Shown here: positions 19,540-29,001 of the stretch, in pieces
How the letters are laid out: every line of letters begins with the position of its first letter
How positions within the stretch are numbered: position 1 is the first letter of the stretch
Origin: Alphaproteobacteria bacterium
GTDB taxonomy: Bacteria > Pseudomonadota > Alphaproteobacteria > JAUXUR01
Length of the DNA: 64,000 nt
Assembly: GCA_030696155.1 (NCBI GenBank)
Contig: JAUYSY010000088.1
Coordinates: forward strand, 7,014-71,013
Reading direction: 5' to 3'
The notes under the pieces: generated by a model
Database searches by the model: none
Seen by the model: only the letters and a program-made list of their open reading frames with translations
What the model was told of the DNA's origin: nothing
Program-made: the position numbers and the translations under genes

Positions 19540-20777
19540 TACGTTTTTTAAAAAAATCATTAATTTTTATATTAATTTTTTATGGTATTTTTTATTATAT
19601 ATTGCAAATTGATTATTTTTCATTTAACGATTTAAGGTTAAATGATTTTAATAAAAAAGATCAAAATTATTTTTTAAAATTATTTTCTTTTTTAGAAGAA
19701 CGTAATTATAAAAAAGCTTTTGTATTACGAGATGGTGAGTTTTTAACATATTCTAATTTAAATATACAGCATATTTTTGATGATAAAACAATTGATTTTA
19801 CGAATGATATAAATAAAATATATGATTTTGATTGTATTATTAGTAATCATTATAATGATCCAATATTTTATAAAACAAAATTAAATGATATTATAAATCA
19901 ATATGATAAAAGTTCATTGGTATTTGATGATCTTGGGTATAAGGTTTTTGAATTAAATAAAACCAATAATACAATTAATTCAGAAGGTTTTAAATTTGAT
20001 GTATCTGAAATAGATTTTTTGAAAAATAGTTATTTTTATTTAACACATAAAAATGAATATCCATCATTGTTGGCTAAGCCAGATATAAAATATGATGAAT
20101 TTCCCATTTTAGAAGATGGATTTTATGATTGTATATGTGATATGGAAATAATAGCTAATGAAGATTCTATTGTTTTGTTTTCAATTTTAAATTACGAATC
20201 TTACAGAAATAATTATATTCTTAAGGATACTTTATATTTAAAAAAAGGAAAAAATAATATTTCAACACGGTTTTTAACTACGAGCAAACCCTTTAGATGT
20301 TTATTTTCGTCTAAAAAACATCCTATTTCTATTGAAAATTTTAAAATAAATTTTTATAAAAAAGAAAATAAATTTTATGATTTAAATCAAATTTATCCAA
20401 AAACATATTCTATGTTGTTTGATGGTGGTAATATTAAATCAAATACACTTATTTTTTTTCAAAATAAAGATAAAAATTTTAAGTTAATCAATATGGATTT
20501 AGTTGGAGATGGTGAAGTTTTTTTATCAACGTTGAACTTAAATGGTATAAATAAATTTTTATTAAAAAATTCTTTTAATAATTTTTTAATAAAAATTTTA
20601 TTATTTTTTAATGGAGATAGTTCTGTTTTATCTATTGGCCAAAAATCAAAAATAATAGAAAAAAATATACCTCCGAACTCGATTCTTTTTTTACAATTTA
20701 AAAAGAATCATATGAACGAAAATGCAAATTTTGTTATACAAAATATCAAAATTATAAATGGAAGCGAGAACGATTAA
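19497..20777 (+). CDS. Single-pass membrane partner protein of the GT-C gene (paralog of 2097..3419)
   Basis: N-terminal TM. NHYNDPIFYKTKLNDIINQ and LGYKVFELNK motifs. Overlaps the upstream GT-C gene by 43 nt. Confidence 0.6.
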   Translation: MSRRSASDEKDMEMIRFLKKSLIFILIFYGIFYYILQIDYFSFNDLRLNDFNKKDQNYFLKLFSFLEERNYKKAFVLRDGEFLTYSNLNIQHIFDDKTIDFTNDINKIYDFDCIISNHYNDPIFYKTKLNDIINQYDKSSLVFDDLGYKVFELNKTNNTINSEGFKFDVSEIDFLKNSYFYLTHKNEYPSLLAKPDIKYDEFPILEDGFYDCICDMEIIANEDSIVLFSILNYESYRNNYILKDTLYLKKGKNNISTRFLTTSKPFRCLFSSKKHPISIENFKINFYKKENKFYDLNQIYPKTYSMLFDGGNIKSNTLIFFQNKDKNFKLINMDLVGDGEVFLSTLNLNGINKFLLKNSFNNFLIKILLFFNGDSSVLSIGQKSKIIEKNIPPNSILFLQFKKNHMNENANFVIQNIKIINGSEND

Positions 20778-22612
20778 TGTGTGGAATATTTGGATTTTAT
20801 ATTGATGAAAAATTTACAGGCAAATGGAAGAATCTTTTAGAAGATCTTGCAAAACTTTCTCATTCACGTGGAAAAGAAGCAAGTGGTATTGCTATTAGAC
20901 ATCAAGGGAAAATTAATGTATTAAGGCACAAAGATTCAAGCCTTGATTTAATTAAAGATGATGAATTTAAGTCTATTTTAAAAGAAATTGATATTAAAAA
21001 AGGAAATATATTGGTATTGGGTCACGCCCGTCTTTGTACAAATGGTGATCGTTCAAATATATTTAACAATCAACCTGTTTTGGATAAAGAGATTGTTGCT
21101 GTTCATAATGGTATTATTTGTAATTACGAAGATATATGGAAAAACTATCTGAATTCCTCATCTAAATCTGATCTTGATACCGCAATTATACCACCATTTC
21201 TAGACGAAAGCCTTAAAACGCTTTCTATAGAGGAATCCCTACAGAAATTTTATGACGTAATAGAAGGTGATGCATCCCTTGCTTGTTTATTTGCACGTCA
21301 AAATGTATGTACGTTAACAACTAATACTGGATCGCTTTATTATCTTGAGGATTCAAATGGGTCAATTGTTTTTGCTTCACAAAAAACTTTTATAAATACA
21401 ATTTCTAAAAAATATTTTAATAATATAAAAACACATCAACTTAAGCCTGGCGATATAAAAAAAATAGAATTACCACCTTCTATTAAAACTATTTTTCAAG
21501 ATTACAATAAAGTTGCAAAAAATTCTGTCGAACTCAAAAGATGTACTAAATGTATTTTGCCACAGACTTTTCCTGGAATTGCTTTTGATGAAAAAGGCAT
21601 TTGTAATATTTGCAATGAGTATAAATCGTTCAAGCCTTATGGTCGTTATGCCTTAGAAGAATTGTGTGACAAAAATCGTAAGAAAGATGGATCGCCTGAT
21701 TGTGTTTTGGCCTTTAGTGGTGGTCGTGATAGTTCTTATGCGTTGCATTATTTAAAATGTGAGCTAGGTATGAATCCTATCACCGTCACCTATGATTGGG
21801 GTGTTGTAACTGATTTAGCGCGCCGAAATATAGCGCGTATGTGTGGTAAATTGGGAGTTGAAAATATTCTTGTATCTGCGGATATAGATAAAAAAAGAAC
21901 CAATGTTAGGCTTAATTTAAATGCATGGTTTAAAAATCCAGATTTAGGTATGGTTAGTTTATTAATGGCGGGGGACAAACAATTTTTTTATTATCCTCAA
22001 AAAATTAAAAAAGAGCTTGATATAGGATTATTGTTTTTAGCCTCTCATAGAATGGAGCAAAGTAACTTTAAATCTGGATTTTGTGGTGTACATGAAAGAA
22101 ATTCATGGTATTTTGATGTAAAAATTACACAAAAAATAAAAATGATTTGGTATTTTATATCAAATTTTATAAAAACACCATCTTATATTAATAGATCATT
22201 GTTAGATACGGCTTATTCGTTTTATTGTTCTTATATGATGAAACATGATCTTACTGTTTTTTATGATTATATTCAATGGGATGAAGATGTTATTAATTCC
22301 GCATTAAAAGAACATTATAATTGGGAAACGGCAACTTCAACCACAACTACTTGGCGTATAGGTGATGGAACAGCTTCCTTCTATAATTATATCTATTCAA
22401 CAATTGCTGGATTCACAGAGCATGATACATTTAGAAGCACGCAGATAAGAGAAAATATAATTACGCGTGATGAAGCATTATCAATGGTAAAAAGAGACAA
22501 TGTTATGCGCTTTGAGGCTATGAAAGATTATGCAAAAATGATAGGGTTTGATTTAAACAAAGCCATTAATATTATTAATGAAGCACCTAAACTATACTCA
22601 AACGTAAAATAG
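20777..22612 (+). CDS. Fusion amidotransferase: Ntn glutaminase + zinc ribbon + WbuX/PseA-type PP-loop (paralog of 7356..9176)
   Basis: MCGIFGFY start. CTKCILPQTFPGIAFDEKGICNICN. AFSGGRDSSYALHYLK. TAATG overlap with the upstream gene. Confidence 0.6.
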   Translation: MCGIFGFYIDEKFTGKWKNLLEDLAKLSHSRGKEASGIAIRHQGKINVLRHKDSSLDLIKDDEFKSILKEIDIKKGNILVLGHARLCTNGDRSNIFNNQPVLDKEIVAVHNGIICNYEDIWKNYLNSSSKSDLDTAIIPPFLDESLKTLSIEESLQKFYDVIEGDASLACLFARQNVCTLTTNTGSLYYLEDSNGSIVFASQKTFINTISKKYFNNIKTHQLKPGDIKKIELPPSIKTIFQDYNKVAKNSVELKRCTKCILPQTFPGIAFDEKGICNICNEYKSFKPYGRYALEELCDKNRKKDGSPDCVLAFSGGRDSSYALHYLKCELGMNPITVTYDWGVVTDLARRNIARMCGKLGVENILVSADIDKKRTNVRLNLNAWFKNPDLGMVSLLMAGDKQFFYYPQKIKKELDIGLLFLASHRMEQSNFKSGFCGVHERNSWYFDVKITQKIKMIWYFISNFIKTPSYINRSLLDTAYSFYCSYMMKHDLTVFYDYIQWDEDVINSALKEHYNWETATSTTTTWRIGDGTASFYNYIYSTIAGFTEHDTFRSTQIRENIITRDEALSMVKRDNVMRFEAMKDYAKMIGFDLNKAINIINEAPKLYSNVK

Positions 22613-22622
22613 AGATTAAATC

Positions 22623-23570
22623 ATGTACAAAAACAAAAAAATAGCGGTTGTTGTTCCTTCTTTTAACGAAGAAACACAAATATCAAAAGTTATTACGACG
22701 ATGCCTGATTATGTTGATCATATTATTATTATTGATGATAAAAGCACAGATAATATGGCGGCTGTTGTTGAAGAGCATTGTAAAACAAACCCTAAAATTG
22801 TGCTAATTCGTCATGAAATTAATCAAGGTGTTGGCGGGTCAATTGCAACAGGTTATAAATGGGCACGTGATCATGAATGTGATGCAACGGCTGTTATGGC
22901 TGGTGATGGTCAGATGGATCCAAATGATTTAGCAGAGCTTTTAGACCCGGTTGTATCTGGCGAGGTTGATTATTCTAAGGCAAATCGTTTAATTTATGCA
23001 AAAGCTTACGAAATTGTGCCCAAGGTTCGTTTTTGGGGAAATGCTATTTTATCATTACTTACAAAAATAGCATCTGGCTATTGGCATATATCTGATTCAC
23101 AAACAGGTTATACAGTTATTAATCTTAAAGCGCTTCAAATAATCGACTGGGATTTAATGTATAAACGTTATGGCCAACCAAATGATTTGCTAGTAAGGTT
23201 AAATATTCATAATTTTAAAGTGCGCGATATTCCTCAAAAACCTGTTTATAACGTTGGGGAACAATCAAAACTTAAAATTAGAAAAGCCATTTTTACAATA
23301 AGTATTTTATTACTGAAAAAGTTTTTCTGGAGATTAAAAGAAAAATACATTATAAGAGATTTTCATCCTCTTGTTTTTTTCTATTTTTTCGGATTTTTTT
23401 CACTAGGCTGTTCTTTTTTGTTTTCAATTCGATTTTTCAGATTATGGTTTGTTAATGGAGAGGTGCCAGAGGTCACATTGATTTTGTTATTATTCATGCT
23501 TGCTGGCGGTGTTCAAGCCATTTTTTTAGCCATGTGGATGGATCAAGATTATAATAAGGAATTAAGGTGA
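22623..23570 (+). CDS. GT2 polyprenyl-phosphate sugar synthase (GtrB/ArnC/DPM1-like) with C-terminal TM helices
   Basis: IAVVVPSFNEE...IIIIDDKSTD N-terminal GT-A signature. 315 aa with 2-3 C-terminal hydrophobic helices, as in GtrB/ArnC. Confidence 0.85.
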   Translation: MYKNKKIAVVVPSFNEETQISKVITTMPDYVDHIIIIDDKSTDNMAAVVEEHCKTNPKIVLIRHEINQGVGGSIATGYKWARDHECDATAVMAGDGQMDPNDLAELLDPVVSGEVDYSKANRLIYAKAYEIVPKVRFWGNAILSLLTKIASGYWHISDSQTGYTVINLKALQIIDWDLMYKRYGQPNDLLVRLNIHNFKVRDIPQKPVYNVGEQSKLKIRKAIFTISILLLKKFFWRLKEKYIIRDFHPLVFFYFFGFFSLGCSFLFSIRFFRLWFVNGEVPEVTLILLLFMLAGGVQAIFLAMWMDQDYNKELR

Positions 23571-25384
23571 GATTATTTTTTTTAATTTTTTTTTCGTTAT
23601 CATTTGGTTATAATGTTAAAGCTGAAGATTATGAAAAATCTTGGCATAATGTTCCTTTTGTTTCATTTGATAACGAAAAAAAAACAAGTCTTGAGTTTAA
23701 ACCACAAGATATTCTTTTCAGAATAAAAAATGAAAATGATTATATAAATCTTGAGCCCAAAAATCTTCCTTTGAAAATAATTGAACACAAAGAAAATAAA
23801 ATTATTTTTTCAAAAAAATTATTTGATGGAGAAAATCGTATTTCTATTTTTAATAAAAATACTTTTTTAAAAGATATTGAACTCCCAAAAAATTTAAAAA
23901 AATTCTTATTTATGAATGCAGCAATTGGTGAAAAAGAAATTGTTGTTATTTATTATAATCCTGTCTCTTTTAGGCACTTTTTCTATCGAATTAATCTATC
24001 TGATTATTCTTTTGATGAGTTATGGGTAAGAGAAGCTGATTGGGGTAATAAGCATATTTCGAATCATTCATTATGTATTAATGCATTTCATTTTAATGAT
24101 CCAGAATATGGTAATAAAAAAGCTATTCATTTTATAGCTGGAAATGTTGTTTATATTTATAGAAACATTATAACACCAAGTTTTGATCGATTTGAATTTC
24201 CAAAAAATTATGAGTTTTTAACATATCGGCAAGAGGGTGATAGATTCATAGGGTTTTTTAAAAAATCTAATTTTTCAGATAAAATAGATAATACAAAATT
24301 AATACAATCTATTGATTTAAAAACACGTAATGAAACGAATGATACTTTTGAATTCTCAAATGATAAAATTGAGCATTTTTTTGAGTCTTTTGAGCCATCT
24401 GGTATTCTTAATATGGGGTGTAATAATGAAGAAGGTTTGGTGCCATGGTCTCAAACATATTATTTAAACGGTCTTATTAATTTGGTACAAAATTGGCAGA
24501 TGTTTGAAAAACATCTTTCTGATGAAATAATCTTTAAATTAAAAAATAGATTAACAATTGAAATATATTTGTTAGATAGACTGATAAATGAATATGGTCT
24601 TATCTCTTTTAGGTATTCTGTTGATCGTTTTCCAATTTTAGGAACGCTGCATTGTGCTAGGATTTATAGAGTATTAAGACGATATGAAGAACTTCTTATA
24701 TCTCCGTTTAAATTGACATCAAAAAATTATATTGATGATTTATTTTCACAAAAAATAGATCAAAAATTTTTTGACACTATAGTTAGATCAAGTGATGATA
24801 ACACGGGTCTTAAAAAGGGAGAATGTTATTTAACAGCAAAAAAAAATGCGCCTTTTCCACATGATGGATTGAATCTACCCTATAATTATATGAACTCTCT
24901 TACAAGTGAATTTCCCTATATGAATTTAAAAAAGGACTCTCCTCAAGAAAATTTTATTAAAGATGCATCCATTATTTTTCTTAGAAATGAAGAATTTTAT
25001 AAACATTTCCCTCAAAATTTCGAATGGCACTATTCTTGGGGTAAAATGAGGGAGGGAAGAGAGGCAAAAGAAGATCTTTCAATTAATTTACCTTCTTATC
25101 CCCCTGATAATTCAATGGCGCATATATCCTATAAATCTATTGATTTAATAGGTCTTTTGACAGTTTTGAAATTTCATCCAGATGTTTTTCCAAAAGGCTT
25201 TAAAGAATATGCGCTTGATGCCGTTAAAAAAGGGGGTGTATATCCTTTTGTCTATGAAGAATTAAAAGATTATAAATGTGATTTAGATCAAGATGTTGCT
25301 CATTATTATTCTTTTCCATTGGCACCATGGGAATTACAAAGTGCTTCTATTGCTTGGCTTTATTTACTAAATAAAACAAAATGA
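23567..25384 (+). CDS. Hypothetical secreted protein (605 aa)
   Basis: N-terminal signal-peptide-like MRLFFLIFFSLSFGYNVKA. Translationally coupled to GT2 upstream and to the flippase-like gene downstream (4-nt overlaps). Confidence 0.55.
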   Translation: MRLFFLIFFSLSFGYNVKAEDYEKSWHNVPFVSFDNEKKTSLEFKPQDILFRIKNENDYINLEPKNLPLKIIEHKENKIIFSKKLFDGENRISIFNKNTFLKDIELPKNLKKFLFMNAAIGEKEIVVIYYNPVSFRHFFYRINLSDYSFDELWVREADWGNKHISNHSLCINAFHFNDPEYGNKKAIHFIAGNVVYIYRNIITPSFDRFEFPKNYEFLTYRQEGDRFIGFFKKSNFSDKIDNTKLIQSIDLKTRNETNDTFEFSNDKIEHFFESFEPSGILNMGCNNEEGLVPWSQTYYLNGLINLVQNWQMFEKHLSDEIIFKLKNRLTIEIYLLDRLINEYGLISFRYSVDRFPILGTLHCARIYRVLRRYEELLISPFKLTSKNYIDDLFSQKIDQKFFDTIVRSSDDNTGLKKGECYLTAKKNAPFPHDGLNLPYNYMNSLTSEFPYMNLKKDSPQENFIKDASIIFLRNEEFYKHFPQNFEWHYSWGKMREGREAKEDLSINLPSYPPDNSMAHISYKSIDLIGLLTVLKFHPDVFPKGFKEYALDAVKKGGVYPFVYEELKDYKCDLDQDVAHYYSFPLAPWELQSASIAWLYLLNKTK

Positions 25385-26607
25385 ACAAGGCCTTTATTTA
25401 TAATTTTGGAAGCATTGGTGTATTAGGCATTGTTGGTCTTTTGCTTAATATTCTTATGCCTATTTTTTATGGACCAGAAGGATTGGGTCTTTTTAACCTG
25501 ATTATGGCTCTTTTTATTGTAGCCTCGCAATTTTCAGTATTTGGCCTTCATTATTCAACGCTTAAATATACGGCCGAACATACTGAAAACTATATCTTAC
25601 AAAAAACAATTTTAAGTACGGCTCTTTTGAGTTGTGCCATTATGTGTGTTCCCTCTCTACTTTTTTGTTTTGTTATTCCATTCATTATTCCTGGACTTTT
25701 TAAATTTGAAAATGCACAATTTTGTTGGTTTATAGCAATTCCAGGTCTTCTTTTTTTTAGTTTTAATAAAATCTTTCTTTCTTTTATGAATGGTCAAAAA
25801 TTTATGGAGCGATATGCTATTGGTATATCGCTCAGATATATTTTTATGTTACTAACATTTTTGCCATTTATGGTGTTTAGTCTCGATTTAAAATTTATAT
25901 CTTTTGTTTTTTTGATTCCTGAAGTTTTGCTATTTATTTGGTGCATATTTTATAATTATAAATATATAAAAATATCCTATTTAAATTTTGATTGGATTCA
26001 AAAACATTTTACATTTTCTATAAAAAGTTTTTTAGCAGGCGCATCAATTGAGCTCAATAGCAGGGTAGATGTTTTAATTTTATCTTATTTTCAAACAGAA
26101 AAAGAAGTTGGTATATATAGTTTTGCACTTTTTTTTGTAGAAGGTATTTTACAAGTAATTTCAGTTTTTAGAAATATATTAAATCCATATTTAACAGAGC
26201 TTTATTATAAAAAAGATATTGATGAATTATCAAAAAAAATAAAAAAATTTGGTAAAAACTCACTTCTAATATCTTTTGTATTATCTATTTTGTGTGTGCC
26301 ATTATTTTTAATACTTTATTATTTTTTTAATGAAGAATTTTATTTAGAATCTTTGAATGTTTTTTTAATAATTATATTTGGAGTTACAATATCATCATTT
26401 TATCTACCCATTCAATTTTTTGCAAATCAAATAGGTAATCCTGTTCAACAGACAAAGATAAATCTTTTTATATTAGGATCTAATATCATACTTAATATGA
26501 TTTTTGTTTATTTTTTAGGCCTTTATGGTGCTGCTATAGGAACATCACTTAGTTTTGTTTCTTCATTATTTATTATTAGAAATTACATGAAACGGTTTGT
26601 TTCTTAA
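25381..26607 (+). CDS. Polytopic membrane protein, Wzx/MOP-type oligosaccharide flippase-like
   Basis: ~12 predicted TM segments. The C-terminal GLYGAAIGTSLSFVSSLFII region is typical of polysaccharide-biosynthesis (Wzx-like) flippases. The assignment is inference. Confidence 0.45.
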   Translation: MNKAFIYNFGSIGVLGIVGLLLNILMPIFYGPEGLGLFNLIMALFIVASQFSVFGLHYSTLKYTAEHTENYILQKTILSTALLSCAIMCVPSLLFCFVIPFIIPGLFKFENAQFCWFIAIPGLLFFSFNKIFLSFMNGQKFMERYAIGISLRYIFMLLTFLPFMVFSLDLKFISFVFLIPEVLLFIWCIFYNYKYIKISYLNFDWIQKHFTFSIKSFLAGASIELNSRVDVLILSYFQTEKEVGIYSFALFFVEGILQVISVFRNILNPYLTELYYKKDIDELSKKIKKFGKNSLLISFVLSILCVPLFLILYYFFNEEFYLESLNVFLIIIFGVTISSFYLPIQFFANQIGNPVQQTKINLFILGSNIILNMIFVYFLGLYGAAIGTSLSFVSSLFIIRNYMKRFVS

Positions 26608-27557
26608 TTTTTGATCATTTTAGAAATGATTTTATTACCTATGATAGGTGAAAAATGTGAGTAATCAAGCCAATTAGTTCCAGGTTCTGTTTTAAAAAAT
26701 TTTAAAAAATCATTTGAAAAATCAATAAAATGTATATTGTTTTTAGAGCAAGAAAGTGAAATTGATTCTTTCCATTCATTAAATTTATTAAAATTTTTAG
26801 AATTAAAATAAGATAATAACGTTTGAAAATGAATAGGGGATATATAAATAGCTAATTCAATATTTTTTTTTGAACATAATTTAATAATTTTTTCTATAAA
26901 ATTAATAGAGATTTTTTTATAATTAAAATCTTTAAGATAGGATGTGTATCCATCCAACATTAATATTGATGTTTCAGTCTCTCTCTTTGTTGTTTTATGA
27001 AAACCATTTTCTTTCCAACTACCCTCTGTTGATTCAATATCTTTGGTTTTTTTTCTAGAATCTTTAAATGCGGAATAACTTAAAAGAGATCCAATTAAAT
27101 TGTTTATATAAAAATAAATATAATTTTGTTTTATGGTGTCCTCTTTAAAATCTTTTTCTTTTAAAGAGTCAATATTAAACATCCAATAATCAAGACCAAT
27201 TACTATTTTTTTTGGATGATTAATTTTAAAATGGTTTTTCAATATATGATACATTTCATATATTTTAAGGGACGAAATACCTAAATTATAAGGTTTTTTA
27301 TATCCATATTTTAGAAATTCATCTGGATCTATACCTCTATATACTCTTGATGAGCCTATTATAAGCAAATCTGCATTATATTTAATTGCTTTGATTGGCT
27401 TTATAAAGCGCTGTTTTGTATCAAGGGAAAGAGAATGTTTCCAATTTGGTTTATCAGTCCAAAACCAATATGGATCTTTATAAAAATTATAAATACTAAG
27501 TGAAAAGCTTAATATTAAAAAAGTGGAAAATAGGTATAAAAAAAATGAATAACGCAT
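26604..27557 (-). CDS. Periplasmic partner of the MBOAT O-acyltransferase (AlgJ/DltD-like role)
   Basis: N-terminal TM anchor then a soluble domain. Located immediately downstream (same strand) of the MBOAT gene, as in algI-algJ / dltB-dltD pairs. Sequence similarity is not verifiable here. Confidence 0.35.
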   Translation of the reverse strand: MRYSFFLYLFSTFLILSFSLSIYNFYKDPYWFWTDKPNWKHSLSLDTKQRFIKPIKAIKYNADLLIIGSSRVYRGIDPDEFLKYGYKKPYNLGISSLKIYEMYHILKNHFKINHPKKIVIGLDYWMFNIDSLKEKDFKEDTIKQNYIYFYINNLIGSLLSYSAFKDSRKKTKDIESTEGSWKENGFHKTTKRETETSILMLDGYTSYLKDFNYKKISINFIEKIIKLCSKKNIELAIYISPIHFQTLLSYFNSKNFNKFNEWKESISLSCSKNNIHFIDFSNDFLKFFKTEPGTNWLDYSHFSPIIGNKIISKMIKN

Positions 27558-27565
27558 TTTCTCTC

Positions 27566-28963
27566 CTAAAAATTAAAATATAAAAAAGAATCTGTTTTGG
27601 AAATTTTTAAAACAGATAAAAAACAAATGATTCCAAATATGATTCCAAAAAATTTATATAATTTTTTATTTTTAAGTAAATTAAAATGTAAAAATTCAAA
27701 TGAATTAGGTGAAATTGTACAAAATAAAAATACTAAAATTAAATAAAAAATAGTAGATAGGTTGTTTTTAATGTTTTCAATTGCAATGAAATCTATATTT
27801 AAAAGACCTTTATATATATCAAAAGCTTGATATAGGTCTTTTGATCTAAAAATAACCCACATTAAATGTACAATTAAAAAAGTAAACAAAATTTTTAATA
27901 TTTTTGGTAAATTTATATTAAAATTATCTCGTATAATATGATTTATTGTAATTAAAACGCCATATAATAAGCCCCAAACAATAAAATTATAGCCTGCGCC
28001 ATGCCATAAACCAGCAATTGTCATGGTAAGGATTATATTAATGTATTTTCTATATGTTCCATATTTATTGCCACCTAAATTAAAATAAATATATTCTTTT
28101 ATAAAATTTGAAAGTGTTATATGCCATCTTTGCCAAAATTCAATAATTGATGCTGATTTATAAGGAGAATTAAAGTTTTTAGGGAGTTTTATACCAAATA
28201 GATATCCCAATCCAAGAGCCATTTCAGAATAACCTGAAAAATCAAAATAAATTTGAAATGTGTATGATAATGTACCAATCCAGTGATCTAAAAAATTTTT
28301 ATCTATGAATGGTTCTGAAAAATATGCATCTGCTAAAATTGAAAAAGAATCAGCTATTATTACTTTTTTAAATAAACCAATTGAAAAAAAAAATAAACCT
28401 ATATTGATATAATTGATTGTTGGATTTATAGAGCTCGCTTTTTCTATAGAATCTCTATATTCTCTGTAATAATAAATTGGTCCAGCGATTAATCTTGGAA
28501 AAAATGTTATAAAAAAAAGATAATTAGAAAAACTTTTTATTGTTGTTTTTTTATTGTATATATCTGATAGAAAAGATATTTGTTCAAATGTAAAAAACGA
28601 TATACCCAAAGGAAGAATTACATTAACAAATGTAAAATTTTCAAATAAAGATGACGATATAAAATTAAAATATTTAAAATAAAATAATAATGATAAATTT
28701 AAAAATATGGATACAAAAAATATTGTTTTTTTTAAATATTTTTTTTTAAATGAAGAAATAGATATTCCTGATATGTAATTGAATAAAATAGATATTACGA
28801 ATATTTTTAGATCAAAAAAAGACCAAACACTATAGAAGATCAATGAGATTATAGAAATTGTATATTGTTTGATTTCTATCTTTTTTAAAGAATTCACAAT
28901 TCTATATAGAAAAATAGAAATTGGTAAAAAAATATATATAAAGATATATGAATTGAATAGCAT
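27566..28963 (-). CDS. Membrane-bound O-acyltransferase (MBOAT; AlgI/DltB family)
   Basis: Signature WQRWHITLSNFIKEYIYFNLGGNKYG ... LWHGAGYNFIVWGLLYG with the conserved catalytic His. Confidence 0.9.
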   Translation of the reverse strand: MLFNSYIFIYIFLPISIFLYRIVNSLKKIEIKQYTISIISLIFYSVWSFFDLKIFVISILFNYISGISISSFKKKYLKKTIFFVSIFLNLSLLFYFKYFNFISSSLFENFTFVNVILPLGISFFTFEQISFLSDIYNKKTTIKSFSNYLFFITFFPRLIAGPIYYYREYRDSIEKASSINPTINYINIGLFFFSIGLFKKVIIADSFSILADAYFSEPFIDKNFLDHWIGTLSYTFQIYFDFSGYSEMALGLGYLFGIKLPKNFNSPYKSASIIEFWQRWHITLSNFIKEYIYFNLGGNKYGTYRKYINIILTMTIAGLWHGAGYNFIVWGLLYGVLITINHIIRDNFNINLPKILKILFTFLIVHLMWVIFRSKDLYQAFDIYKGLLNIDFIAIENIKNNLSTIFYLILVFLFCTISPNSFEFLHFNLLKNKKLYKFFGIIFGIICFLSVLKISKTDSFLYFNF

Positions 28964-29001
28964 AGATCCTCGTGGTATGGTTTTTTTTTAAAAAGGCCTA
29001 A

